DNA of 64,000 bases from an uncultured Acidobacteriaceae bacterium (GTDB taxonomy: Bacteria; Acidobacteriota; Terriglobia; Terriglobales; Acidobacteriaceae), in assembly GCA_963795845.1 (NCBI GenBank), contig CAWCJV010000017.1, positions 62,872 through 126,871 on the forward strand, in the 5' to 3' direction. Both the position numbers and the translations under genes were made by a program. Below are positions 38,095-47,047 of the stretch, one piece after another. The first letter of the stretch is position 1. The number at the start of each line of letters is the position of its first letter. The notes under the pieces are model-generated. The model searched no databases, had not been told where the DNA came from, and saw only the letters and a list, made by a program, of their open reading frames with translations.

Positions 38095-38350
38095 GCCTGA
38101 GAACCAGATTTTACGTATTTAGTCCGTCAGGGACCTTAGCCCAGGAAGCAGTCCTGGGTACAACATCAAGACATGATTCAGTCCCGTAGGGACGGCTGAA
38201 GGTTATCCAGGACTTCATCGCGTCCCATTTTCAGCCGTCCCTACGGGACTGGAGCGTCCTATCAAATCCAACCCAGGACTGCGTCCTGGGCTAAGGCCAG
38301 CCGTCCCTAACGGGACTAAATGCGCAAGCCTTTGGTGCTCACGCAGGTTC
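38095..38350. repeat. ~250-bp nested palindromic element (family with 41419-41544)
   Basis: The outer arms tttagtccgtcagggac..cttagcccagga.. (38118-38158) pair with ..acccaggactgcgtcctgggctaagg..gtccctaacgggactaaa (38271-38320). The inner arms tcagtcccgtagggacggctgaa (38178-38200) pair with ttcagccgtccctacgggactg (38230-38251). Confidence 0.8.
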
Positions 38351-38539
38351 TATAGCCCGTACCTGCATTTCTTAAAGCCTTAAGTGCGGGCTGCAACCCG
38401 TAGATCCCTTTCTTGAACCTGATGCGGCGGAAAGGGCGGATACCGTTTAAAGTGGTGTCAACCGTTCACAGCCTTGTAATAAGGGGTATCCGCAGTGGTC
38501 GAGGCCGCGCAGTTGGAGGATGAGGAAAAGGGCTCAGGG

Positions 38540-40327
38540 ATGTCGAGCCTCATCCGCGAATTGCTTCGCCCTTACCGGGGCAGCCTGGCGATTGTTTTGG
38601 TGGCCATGCTGGTTCAGAGCACCATGACCCTGGCCGCACCCTGGCCACTCAAGATCGTCATCGATAACGTGGTGGTTGGGCGCAAGCTCGATCGTTGGCT
38701 CGCGCACCTGATTGAGCCACTGCTTGCGCATGCTCACCGGGCACACCTGGCAGAGATTGCGGCGTTAGCCGTCATCCTGATCGCTATCTTGAACGCATTC
38801 GCGTCCTACACGGCCAACTACTTCACCGAGAGCGTGGGGCAATGGGTGGCCAACGATCTGCGGATGCGCACCTACCACCATCTGCAGTATCTATCGCTGC
38901 GCTATTACGATAGTCATCAATCTGGCGTTCTGCTCAGCACGATCACCGCCGACGTGCTCACGATCCAGAATTTTGCTTCGTCCGCGACGCTCGGCATCGT
39001 GGTGGATATGTTCACCATCCTGGGCATGTTGGTGGTGATGTTTTTTCTCAACTGGGACTTCACCCTGATCGCAGTAGCGATCACTCCGCTATTGCTCCTG
39101 CTGGCCACCAGGTTCAAGAGGGCGGTCAAAAGCTCCACCCACGAGGTGCGGAAGCAGCAAAGCAATATTGTGGCCGTGGTGCAGCAGGATCTTGAGTCCA
39201 TTCGAGTGGTGACGGCCTTCGGCAGACAGGAACTGGAACAGCAATCACTGGCGGTGGTGAGCGCGGCGACCGTAGCCGCGGCGCTGAAAGCCCGCCAGGT
39301 GAAGGCGCTGCTGTCGCCTATCGTATCGGTCATCGTCTCCTTCTGCGTTGCCTTCGTGCTCTGGCGGGGCTCTTTGCTTATCCTTACGGGCGGGATGACG
39401 GCCGGGGAGTTGACGGTTTTCCTCTCTTACCTGGCATCATTTTTCAAGCCGGTGAAAGACCTTGCCAGCATGAACAACTCGATCGCGCAAACAGCGGTGG
39501 CGGTGGAGCGAATTCGCACCATTCTCGACGCCGATGCCATTCTTCCCGAGAAACCGGATGCCGTGGAGAAGCCGATCCAGGGTGAGATCGTCTTCGATCA
39601 CGTGGCCTTCGCTTATGACGCCACTTGCCCTGTGTTGCGTGATGTGAGCTTCACAGTCAAGCCTGGTCAGATGATTGGGGTGGTGGGGCCGACGGGCGGG
39701 GGCAAGTCGACCATCATGAGCCTGATCCCGCGATTTTACGATCCCAGCGCGGGCGCTGTTCTGGTGGACGGCGTGGATGTTCGCGATTACCGGCTGCAGG
39801 CCTTGCGGGATCAAATCGGCTACGTGCTGCAGGAGACGGTACTCTTTCGCGGAACCGTGCGCGACAACATTGCTTACGGCCGGGCCGATGCGACTGAGGA
39901 GGAGATTGTCGAGGCCGCAAAGCTGGCCAACGCGGACGAGTTTATCGCCCGCATGCCCAACGGCTATCAGACCTTTGTCGGTGATCGAGGGGATACGCTT
40001 TCGGGCGGCCAGAGGCAGCGGATCGGGATCGCCCGGGCGATCATACGCAACAATCCCATCCTGATTCTCGATGAACCGACCGCGGCTCTCGACACCGAGT
40101 CGGAAAGGCTGGTGATTGAAGCCCTGGAACGATTGATGAAGGGGCGAACCGTGCTCACCATTGCTCACCGGCTGAGTACGATTCGCGATGCGGATAAAAT
40201 CATTGTGCTGAAAGACGGTGTGGTGGCCGAACAGGGCACGCACGACCAGCTCATAGCGCTCGGCGGAACCTACGCCGAGTTGTATAGTGTACAGTTCGAT
40301 ACAACACCGGCAAAGGCCTCTCATTAG
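38540..40327 (+). CDS. ABC exporter, fused TMD-NBD (MsbA/ABCB-like)
   Basis: Six N-terminal TMs are followed by Walker A GPTGGGKST, the signature LSGGQRQR, Walker B ILILDEPTAALD and the H-loop TIAHRL. An alternative GTG start lies at 38495. Confidence 0.9.
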   Translation: MSSLIRELLRPYRGSLAIVLVAMLVQSTMTLAAPWPLKIVIDNVVVGRKLDRWLAHLIEPLLAHAHRAHLAEIAALAVILIAILNAFASYTANYFTESVGQWVANDLRMRTYHHLQYLSLRYYDSHQSGVLLSTITADVLTIQNFASSATLGIVVDMFTILGMLVVMFFLNWDFTLIAVAITPLLLLLATRFKRAVKSSTHEVRKQQSNIVAVVQQDLESIRVVTAFGRQELEQQSLAVVSAATVAAALKARQVKALLSPIVSVIVSFCVAFVLWRGSLLILTGGMTAGELTVFLSYLASFFKPVKDLASMNNSIAQTAVAVERIRTILDADAILPEKPDAVEKPIQGEIVFDHVAFAYDATCPVLRDVSFTVKPGQMIGVVGPTGGGKSTIMSLIPRFYDPSAGAVLVDGVDVRDYRLQALRDQIGYVLQETVLFRGTVRDNIAYGRADATEEEIVEAAKLANADEFIARMPNGYQTFVGDRGDTLSGGQRQRIGIARAIIRNNPILILDEPTAALDTESERLVIEALERLMKGRTVLTIAHRLSTIRDADKIIVLKDGVVAEQGTHDQLIALGGTYAELYSVQFDTTPAKASH

Positions 40328-40353
40328 CGGCTTGCGCCGGCGGGAGAGTGCAG

Positions 40354-41337
40354 ATGTCGCGTAGCCTGCTTGTATTACCTGACGACTCCGCCAAGCCGAT
40401 TCTGGACGCCATCAAGCATGCGACCAAGTCGCTGCGCATCAAGATGTTCGTCTTTACAGATCCCTCGCTGATCACGGCCGTAATCGAGGCACATCGCCGA
40501 GGGGTTGTGGTGCGCGTCATGCTCAATCCCAAGCGGCGTAATGGGGTCTCGGAAAACGATGAAAGCCGCGCCACGTTAGCGGCCGCAGGCATTGACGTGC
40601 TGGACAGTAATCCGGCCTTTGACCTGACGCACGAGAAATCCATGGTGGTGGATGACAAGACGGCGTTTGTGAAATCGCTGAACTGGCAAAGCGAGAACCT
40701 GACGGAAACCCGGGATTATGCCGTCATCACCTCAGACCCGCATGAGGTTACGGAGATCATCAACTGCTTCGAGGCAGACTGGAGCCGCCAGGATTTTGCT
40801 TCTGGAAAACAAGCGCAGTTGATCTGGTGCCGCGGCAATGGCCGGGAGCGGATTACCGAGTTCATCGACAGTGCCAAGCACTCGCTATGGTTACAGAACG
40901 AACGATACCAGGACCAGATGATTATCGAGCACCTGGTGCGGGCCAAGGAGCGCGGAGTCAAGGTTCACGTGATGGCGCGTCCGCCGCACACGCTAAAGAA
41001 GGAGAAACTGCTCGAGGGTGTCGGCGGCCTGCGAATCCTGAACGATGTCGGGGTGGAGGTGCGCAAGCTGAAGGGGCTCAAACTCCACGCCAAGATGCTG
41101 CTGGCTGATGGAGAGCGCGCGGTGATCGGATCCATCAACCTGGCGCCGGGCAGTTTCGACAGCCGGCGCGAATTGGCAATCGAGGTCAGCGACAAACATA
41201 TCGTTGATCGTTTGCATGACGTTGTTCGCCATGACTGGAAGCATTCCCACACGCTTGACCTGTCGGACAAAGGTTTGTTGGCCGATCTGGAAAAGCACGG
41301 CGGCAAAGGGATTGAAGAGCTCGGATTGGATGGGTAG
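40354..41337 (+). CDS. phospholipase D-superfamily protein with two HKD motifs
   Basis: HKD1 is LTHEKSMVVDDKTAFVKSLN and HKD2 is KLHAKMLLADGERAVIGSINL. There is no TM or signal peptide. It starts 24 nt after the ABC gene. Confidence 0.8.
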   Translation: MSRSLLVLPDDSAKPILDAIKHATKSLRIKMFVFTDPSLITAVIEAHRRGVVVRVMLNPKRRNGVSENDESRATLAAAGIDVLDSNPAFDLTHEKSMVVDDKTAFVKSLNWQSENLTETRDYAVITSDPHEVTEIINCFEADWSRQDFASGKQAQLIWCRGNGRERITEFIDSAKHSLWLQNERYQDQMIIEHLVRAKERGVKVHVMARPPHTLKKEKLLEGVGGLRILNDVGVEVRKLKGLKLHAKMLLADGERAVIGSINLAPGSFDSRRELAIEVSDKHIVDRLHDVVRHDWKHSHTLDLSDKGLLADLEKHGGKGIEELGLDG

Positions 41338-41418
41338 GAACTCGATTTCGCAACGGCGGGTCTCACACGTGCCAAGAGCCCCTGAGAGTTATTGAGATAT
41401 GTGCGGGCTTTAGAGCGT

Positions 41419-41544
41419 GGTGGAGAACCAAAGGCTTACATGTTTTAGTCCCGAAGGGACGGCTGAAATTGTCCAGGGTCAAGTGGCGTCGAATTTTCAG
41501 CCGTCCCTGCGGGACTAAAACATATAAATCTTTGGTTCTCCACC
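41419..41544. repeat. ~125-bp palindromic element (same family as 38095-38350)
   Basis: ggtggagaaccaaagg..gttttagtcccgaagggacggctgaaa pairs with ttttcagccgtccctgcgggactaaaac..ctttggttctccacc. Confidence 0.85.
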
Positions 41545-41619
41545 ACGGCCCGACTGAAGTCGTGACCTGATGCAAAGCATTCGAGGTGACTCCGGGAAAG
41601 CGCGCTTTCGTCCAGGATC

Positions 41620-42432
41620 CTAGATTTGGGAAAAAGAAGCCGGCCTGAGTATCAGGCTATCGATGTTGCTTACGATCGCTTCCGAGCTGTACTTTGGCTG
41701 CGCCACCAGCTTCAGCCATTGAGGATCAGAGCGAAAGGCGTTCCACTTTACGTCTATCTCAGAAATATCGGGAAAACTGACCATGTAGGTCAACTGCGGC
41801 AAACGCGGACCGATCAAGGTGTCGCCAAAGAACACCTGCCAGAAACCGGCACGCTGAAAGATTTCAAATTCGCCGTTGTGAAACATGTCCACCTTGCGCA
41901 AGTGGTCCTGATTGGTTGGGCTCTCGTAGGTGCGCAGTTGGAAGACTCGTTTGCCGTGCTGCGCGGTGACGGGGGGAACGACCAGGCGGGGCCAACCTTC
42001 AAACGCAATCATGAGCGAGCTCTCGATCCGGAGGAAACCGGGAGCGGTCGCCGGCGCATTCCAAAATGGTCCCGCGGCTTTCATGAATTCCTCGTCTTTG
42101 GCCAGATGCAACTCGGCCGTCACCAGCGACTCAAGCGTGGTCGAGGGGATCAGCAAATAGAGGGCAGGCGTTTGCGGGCCGAGGTCAAGATTGAAAGCGC
42201 CAATGGGCGAGAAACCCAGCCGGTTGAGTGCGGGAATCAGCGCATCCGCGAGGTAGCTCTGGAGCAATTTTGGTTCTGGGCCCGACTGCAACTGATACTT
42301 GCGCAGCTCGTAGTACTCGCGGCCTTTGCCGGCGGCTGCCTGGGCAATTGTCTCGCTGGGTGCTAAAGCGGCGGCCGCGGCGGCCAGCGACGAGGTCAGG
42401 AAATGTCGTCTTTGCAAAACTCCTCCGAACAA
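41620..42432 (-). CDS. NIPSNAP-family protein with Tat signal
   Basis: The twin-arginine N-terminus is LQRRHFLTSSLAAAAAALAP. Two NIPSNAP-like repeats are present (YELRKYQL..., FQLRTYES...). Confidence 0.7.
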   Translation of the reverse strand: MFGGVLQRRHFLTSSLAAAAAALAPSETIAQAAAGKGREYYELRKYQLQSGPEPKLLQSYLADALIPALNRLGFSPIGAFNLDLGPQTPALYLLIPSTTLESLVTAELHLAKDEEFMKAAGPFWNAPATAPGFLRIESSLMIAFEGWPRLVVPPVTAQHGKRVFQLRTYESPTNQDHLRKVDMFHNGEFEIFQRAGFWQVFFGDTLIGPRLPQLTYMVSFPDISEIDVKWNAFRSDPQWLKLVAQPKYSSEAIVSNIDSLILRPASFSQI

Positions 42433-42493
42433 ACCAGCATTTTAAAGCATTTCTTCTGTTACTGTTTCTGGCTGGGACATAGAGGAGACGCGT

Positions 42494-43471
42494 ATGAAGA
42501 GGCGCAAGTTTCTCACGCTCGCAGCTTCGGTAGCCGGAGGCGCCGCAACCAGCCGAATCGCCGCCGGCCTTCCCCCGGCGATACCCATTATCGACACCCA
42601 CATCCATCTTTTTGATCCCGGGCGTCCCGGGGGCGTGCCTTGGCCGGCAAAGACAGACACCGCGCTCTACATGGCTGCCCTGCCCGACCGTTACGCCAGC
42701 CTCGCCCGTCCGTTTGGCGTGGTGGGTGCGATCGTGATCGAAGCCAGCCCGCTGGCCAGCGATAACGACTGGGTACTGCAGCAGGCGGCCAACCATCCCA
42801 TCATCGTGGGCATGGTGGGCGACCTGATTCCGGGAACGCCCGAGTATCAGAAGGAGCTGGATCGGCTTCACGCCAATCCGCTGTTCCTGGGCATCCGCTA
42901 CGGCAATCTTTGGGATCGGGATTTGACCACAGACGCGCAGAAACCGGAGTTCATGCCTGGACTGAAGATGCTGGCCGATCGCGGGCTGGTGCTAGACAGC
43001 GCAAATCCCAATCTCAAGCTCGTCCGGGCCATCGCCAGCGTGTCGGACCAGGTTCCGGAGTTGCGCATCGTGATCGATCATCTACCCACTGCACGCGTGC
43101 CCTCAGAAGCAACCGAGAGAGATGAGTATTGGTCATTGCTGCGACATCTGGCGCAGAACAAGAACGTATTCGTGAAGCTTTCTGAGGTGATCGCCGCACG
43201 TATAGAAGAGTCAGGCGGTTCCACTTTCCCCCAGGAACGGCTCGACGCACTGTGGAATATTTTCGGCGAAGACCACGTTCTTTATGCCAGCGATTGGCCG
43301 AACAGCGACCATCATGCAACCTACAAGGAAACCATCTCGATCGTGCGCAGCTACGTGGAAGCCAAGGGCCGTGCTATATCGGAGAAATTTTTCTGGAAGA
43401 ATTCCATGGCTGCCTACCGCTGGCGTCCCCGGGCAGCAGATCAACCGAGAGAGAAGGGCCGTTTTACTTAG
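42494..43471 (+). CDS. amidohydrolase-2 family TIM-barrel metal hydrolase (lactonase/decarboxylase-like), Tat signal
   Basis: The Tat signal is MKRRKFLTLAASVAGGAATS. The HxH motif IIDTHIHLFDP, VIDHL and a late YASDWP are present. Confidence 0.75.
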   Translation: MKRRKFLTLAASVAGGAATSRIAAGLPPAIPIIDTHIHLFDPGRPGGVPWPAKTDTALYMAALPDRYASLARPFGVVGAIVIEASPLASDNDWVLQQAANHPIIVGMVGDLIPGTPEYQKELDRLHANPLFLGIRYGNLWDRDLTTDAQKPEFMPGLKMLADRGLVLDSANPNLKLVRAIASVSDQVPELRIVIDHLPTARVPSEATERDEYWSLLRHLAQNKNVFVKLSEVIAARIEESGGSTFPQERLDALWNIFGEDHVLYASDWPNSDHHATYKETISIVRSYVEAKGRAISEKFFWKNSMAAYRWRPRAADQPREKGRFT

Positions 43472-43502
43472 GCGTTTTCAAGAAGTGATATAACCCGCTT
43501 GT

Positions 43503-44543
43503 ATGTCTTTGCCTCTTCCCTCCCCTGGTAGTTTCAGCCGCCGCCGGTTTCTGCGGCAAAGTTTCGCCTTCAGCGCGTTGGCCAGCTTTGGATCTCTATC
43601 GAGCCGGGCGGATTTCGTGCCTGCGGACCACGCAGCTACGGAGCTGTTGGTGCTGGGCGATTGGGGATACGAGGACCGGACGGCGCAGTCGCGGGTGGCT
43701 GCAGGCCTCTCGGCCTATGCCAACCAGCATTCCGTCCGCCCCGAGGCGCTGTTGATGTTAGGGGACAACTGGTACGGCGAATTGGCCGGAGGCGCCCACT
43801 CCCCGCGATGGCAGACGCAATTCGAGCAGATGTACCCGGCCAAGGATTTCCCCTGCCCTGCCTATGCCGTGCTGGGAAATCATGACTACCAGCGCTGGCC
43901 TGAGAGCAAGGTCGATGCCGAGCTTGAGTACGCGCGCAACGGCCGGAACGGGTCAGCTGCCACCCGTTGGACCATGCCGGCGCGCTGGTATCGCTTTGAG
44001 TTCCCCAGCAAGAATCCGTTGGTGACGTTTTTGGCGCTCGACAGCAACATGCCGCGTCCGGATGGTAAGGAAAAGGGCGGGCGAGATTTTACCCTGACGG
44101 CACAGCAGCAAGCAGAGCAGCTTGCGTGGCTCGAAGGTGAGCTGAAGCGTCCGAGGACGACTCCCTTTGTCGGGGTCATTGCCCATCATCCGGTCTTCTC
44201 AGATGGGCCGCACGGGGATCATCCGGTGTTGATTCGCGATTGGGATCCGCTATTCCGCAAATACCGTGTCGACGTTTTCATGGCCGGCCACGATCATGAT
44301 TTGCAGCACTTAGAGTTCGAGGGACATCCCACCAGCCATTTTCTTTCCGGGGGCGGGGGCGCCGATTTGTACTCACTCAAAGTTGAACCTTCGCAACGCG
44401 GCCCCTATGCGCAGAAGGTTTATGGTTTCAGCCATATCTCGGTTACGGCGAAGCAAATGACTCTGCGCCACCTGGATCAGAATGGGCGCACGCTGCATGC
44501 CTTCGCAAAGACGCCAGAGGGCAAGATCACCATCTTAGGTTAG
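43503..44543 (+). CDS. metallophosphoesterase (purple-acid-phosphatase-like), Tat signal
   Basis: The Tat signal is SRRRFLRQSFAFSALA. The calcineurin-like motifs GDWGY, GDNWY, GNHD, IAHHP and GHDHDLQH are present. Confidence 0.8.
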   Translation: MSLPLPSPGSFSRRRFLRQSFAFSALASFGSLSSRADFVPADHAATELLVLGDWGYEDRTAQSRVAAGLSAYANQHSVRPEALLMLGDNWYGELAGGAHSPRWQTQFEQMYPAKDFPCPAYAVLGNHDYQRWPESKVDAELEYARNGRNGSAATRWTMPARWYRFEFPSKNPLVTFLALDSNMPRPDGKEKGGRDFTLTAQQQAEQLAWLEGELKRPRTTPFVGVIAHHPVFSDGPHGDHPVLIRDWDPLFRKYRVDVFMAGHDHDLQHLEFEGHPTSHFLSGGGGADLYSLKVEPSQRGPYAQKVYGFSHISVTAKQMTLRHLDQNGRTLHAFAKTPEGKITILG

Positions 44544-44599
44544 GGCTAGTTCGTCCCAGCTGCCAAATAACGGAGAGCTGCGGAGGCAAGGCGGAAACC

Positions 44600-45124
44600 C
44601 TATTTCTCGCTAGTGGGCGGCACCAACCCCTTCAATCGCAGATACAACGACATGATTGCGTATTGCTCGTTGTCATGAGCAAGGTTGCCCCACAGCATAC
44701 TGAGCCGTGTCCGCTTGCCCGCGGGCCCGGCCTGCAGCATGTCTGTCATATTGGCCTCGGTTACGCCGGCATAGGCCTTGTCGCACTCGGCGAAGGAAGC
44801 TTTGAGCGCCTCAACGATCACCGCTTTATCTGCCGTATCCGCCGGCACTTTGGGCAGTGCACTGGCGTCGGTATTGTTCGCTGCTCCGCAGATATGCAGC
44901 TGCGCCTCGATCACATGGTTAACGACGCGAGCGAAGGGGCGAATGTCCGGCGTGGGCTTAAAGCCGTAGTCCGCAGCGGGCATCTTGTCGGCGGCTTTGA
45001 GTATGTTCGGTTTCAGACGCGCATAGCTCGCCTGAACTTCGCTGGCGAGCGGGTTTCCCTGCCCCAGTGCTACGCCCGAAATCATCAATCCCGCCACTGC
45101 ACACGCCGTCCAGATCCGTTGCAT
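44600..45124 (-). CDS. DinB-family protein, secreted
   Basis: The signal peptide is MQRIWTACAVAGLMISGVALGQG. The four-helix DinB-like His motifs are NHVIEAQLH and LAHDNEQY. A GGAGGA SD lies before the ATG at 45124. Confidence 0.6.
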   Translation of the reverse strand: MQRIWTACAVAGLMISGVALGQGNPLASEVQASYARLKPNILKAADKMPAADYGFKPTPDIRPFARVVNHVIEAQLHICGAANNTDASALPKVPADTADKAVIVEALKASFAECDKAYAGVTEANMTDMLQAGPAGKRTRLSMLWGNLAHDNEQYAIMSLYLRLKGLVPPTSEK

Positions 45125-45216
45125 TCGCTTTCCTCCGAGTGTCAACCAGCCTACCTAGGGATGAGCGGGTGCACAAGGGGCAAACTTTGCAGGAAAAAGA
45201 AACCGTAGGCATGCTT

Positions 45217-45441
45217 GCCCACTCAAGCCAAAAGAGGGCTTGAATGGGCCACCCTAAGCATTGGTGGGCGTGTAGGGAGGCTTGTCATTCCTCTCCAACT
45301 CGCAACCAGGATTTACCGATAGCCTTCTTCAGGAGAAAGGCGGGATGACGGTTCTGTCTGAGGATAGAATCTCGTCCGATCCCTACACAGCCAACAATAC
45401 TGAGGGTGGCCCATTCAAGCCCTCTTTTGGCTTGAGTGGGC
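45217..45441. repeat. ~225-bp imperfect palindrome bounded by a perfect 39-bp inverted repeat
   Basis: gcccactcaagccaaaagagggcttgaatgggccaccct (45217-45255) is the exact reverse complement of 45403-45441. Each arm is itself a hairpin. The interior has further symmetry (gtgtaggga / tccctacac). Confidence 0.9.
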
Positions 45442-45501
45442 GAGAACCCTGGGGGTTAGCACACGCACAAGGGGGGAGGAGAAAGATACCAACAGTAAAG
45501 G

Positions 45502-47037
45502 TTACATATGTTGCGGCAATGCCCAGGCAAACATCACGGTGCCGCTGCTGGTCAGCAGATATTGGCGGCCGCCAAGTTCGTAGGTGATGGGGGAAGTCGA
45601 CATCCTTCCGCCGGAGCCGGCATGCCACAGCGTTTTGCCGGTGCCGGTATCAACAGCGAGAACGTTGCCGCGAACGTCGCCGGTGAAGGTGAGCCCGGAA
45701 GCGGTGGTCAGGACGCCCGCAGTCGGCGTTCCCTGCCCGAGCTCGTGGGTCCAGCGAACTTTGCCGGTCTGGTAGTCAATGGCCTCGAGCACGCCCTTAC
45801 TCCACAAGTCGTAGTCGGCGCCCGCCCAGCCATAGGTGCCATCGGCGGCCTTCGTAAAGTACAGGCTGTAGCTGGGATGAGAAGACACGATGAACAGTCC
45901 CGTCTTTGGATCAAAGCTGGGGGCGCGAAAGTTTGTCATGCCGTTTTCGTCCGGCGCGATCAAGCGGCCATCCGGCGCCGGATCCTTGGCGGGGTTCGGG
46001 ATGGGACGCCCCTGCTTGTCGACCCCGGTTGTCCAGTTCACCGGGCCGAAGGGAGTCGTCAACAAACTGCTGCCATCCGTCCGGTCGAGCACGAAAAAAT
46101 AGCCGTTGCGCGAACTCTGCAGGAGCAATTTACGCGGCTTGCCCTGGAACGTTCCGTCCACCAGCACCGGAGTTTCCGCGGCATCCCAATCATGCGTATC
46201 GTGGGGCGAAGGCTGAAATGCCCAGGCCATTTTTCCCGTGTCGGGATTGAGAGCCACAATGCTGCAGGTGTAGAGGTCGTCTCCCGGCCGGGTGGACGCG
46301 GCCAGTACGGGCGTGGGGTTTCCCGTTCCCCAATAGACCAAATTTAAATCGGGGTCGTAGGTGCCCGTCATCCAGGAGTTACCCCCAGTCGGCGCGCCCG
46401 GTGTGCCCAAAGGCGGTGTTGCGTTCCATTGCCACTGTGTCTGGCCTGTCTCGGGATCGACTGAACGGACATATCCCACCAGGTTGTCGAAGTCGCCCGA
46501 CGTCCCCACCAGCACATGATTGCCCACCACCAGGGGAGCCATGCTGGTCCAGTATCCCTTGGCCACATCGGCCACCTGCACTTTCCAATGCACGCTGCCG
46601 TCGTTGGCATTGAGAGATATCAGATGACCATCCGGCACCAGGAAGTACACCCATTTTTTGTACATCCCCACGCCGCGGCTACCGATGTGAAGACCGGGAT
46701 TCGGCGGATAGGTGTAGTGCCACAGTTGGTGGCCAGTAAGCGCATCAATGGCCCATACATTGTCCGGCACGCTGAAATAGATCACGCCGTCGACCAGCAG
46801 CGGAGAGGCCTTTATGTCCGCTTTCTGATTGGTCTGGAAAGCCCATGCCATCGAGAGCGCGTGCACATTCTGCGTGGTGATCTGTTCCAGTTTGCTGTGG
46901 CGTTGACCATCGTACGTGCCGTGATACGAGGGCCAGCTATCGGCCGGCGGCTTGAGAAGCGTAGAGTGGTCGACTCCCTGCGCCAACGCTGACGCGCCAG
47001 TCAGCAAGAAAATACTCATCAGCAACTTGATTCGCAT
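45502..47037 (-). CDS. PQQ-repeat beta-propeller protein (quinoprotein dehydrogenase-like), secreted
   Basis: The signal peptide is MRIKLLMSIFLLTGASALAQG. It then reads WPSYHGTYDGQRHS..., with repeated W-containing blades. The ATG at 47037 was chosen over the 597-aa maximal ORF. Confidence 0.7.
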   Translation of the reverse strand: MRIKLLMSIFLLTGASALAQGVDHSTLLKPPADSWPSYHGTYDGQRHSKLEQITTQNVHALSMAWAFQTNQKADIKASPLLVDGVIYFSVPDNVWAIDALTGHQLWHYTYPPNPGLHIGSRGVGMYKKWVYFLVPDGHLISLNANDGSVHWKVQVADVAKGYWTSMAPLVVGNHVLVGTSGDFDNLVGYVRSVDPETGQTQWQWNATPPLGTPGAPTGGNSWMTGTYDPDLNLVYWGTGNPTPVLAASTRPGDDLYTCSIVALNPDTGKMAWAFQPSPHDTHDWDAAETPVLVDGTFQGKPRKLLLQSSRNGYFFVLDRTDGSSLLTTPFGPVNWTTGVDKQGRPIPNPAKDPAPDGRLIAPDENGMTNFRAPSFDPKTGLFIVSSHPSYSLYFTKAADGTYGWAGADYDLWSKGVLEAIDYQTGKVRWTHELGQGTPTAGVLTTASGLTFTGDVRGNVLAVDTGTGKTLWHAGSGGRMSTSPITYELGGRQYLLTSSGTVMFAWALPQHM

Positions 47038-47047
47038 GCAGGGCCTT

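Noticed and set aside
38095-41544. The ABC-PLD block with flanking repeats could be a composite transposon, genomic islet or defence cassette (PLD nuclease).
   Set aside because: There is no transposase, integrase or recognisable defence partner. The flanking elements are palindromes, not directly comparable IS ends, and no target-site duplication was discernible by eye. I kept it only as a low-key finding.
45282-45587. 101-aa ORF (and the 81-aa minus-strand ORF at 45383-45628) in the gap next to the PQQ gene.
   Set aside because: They are encoded across the 225-bp palindrome and the 3' end of the PQQ gene. The translation is repeat-derived (…GGPFKPSFGLSG…) and has no start-site support.
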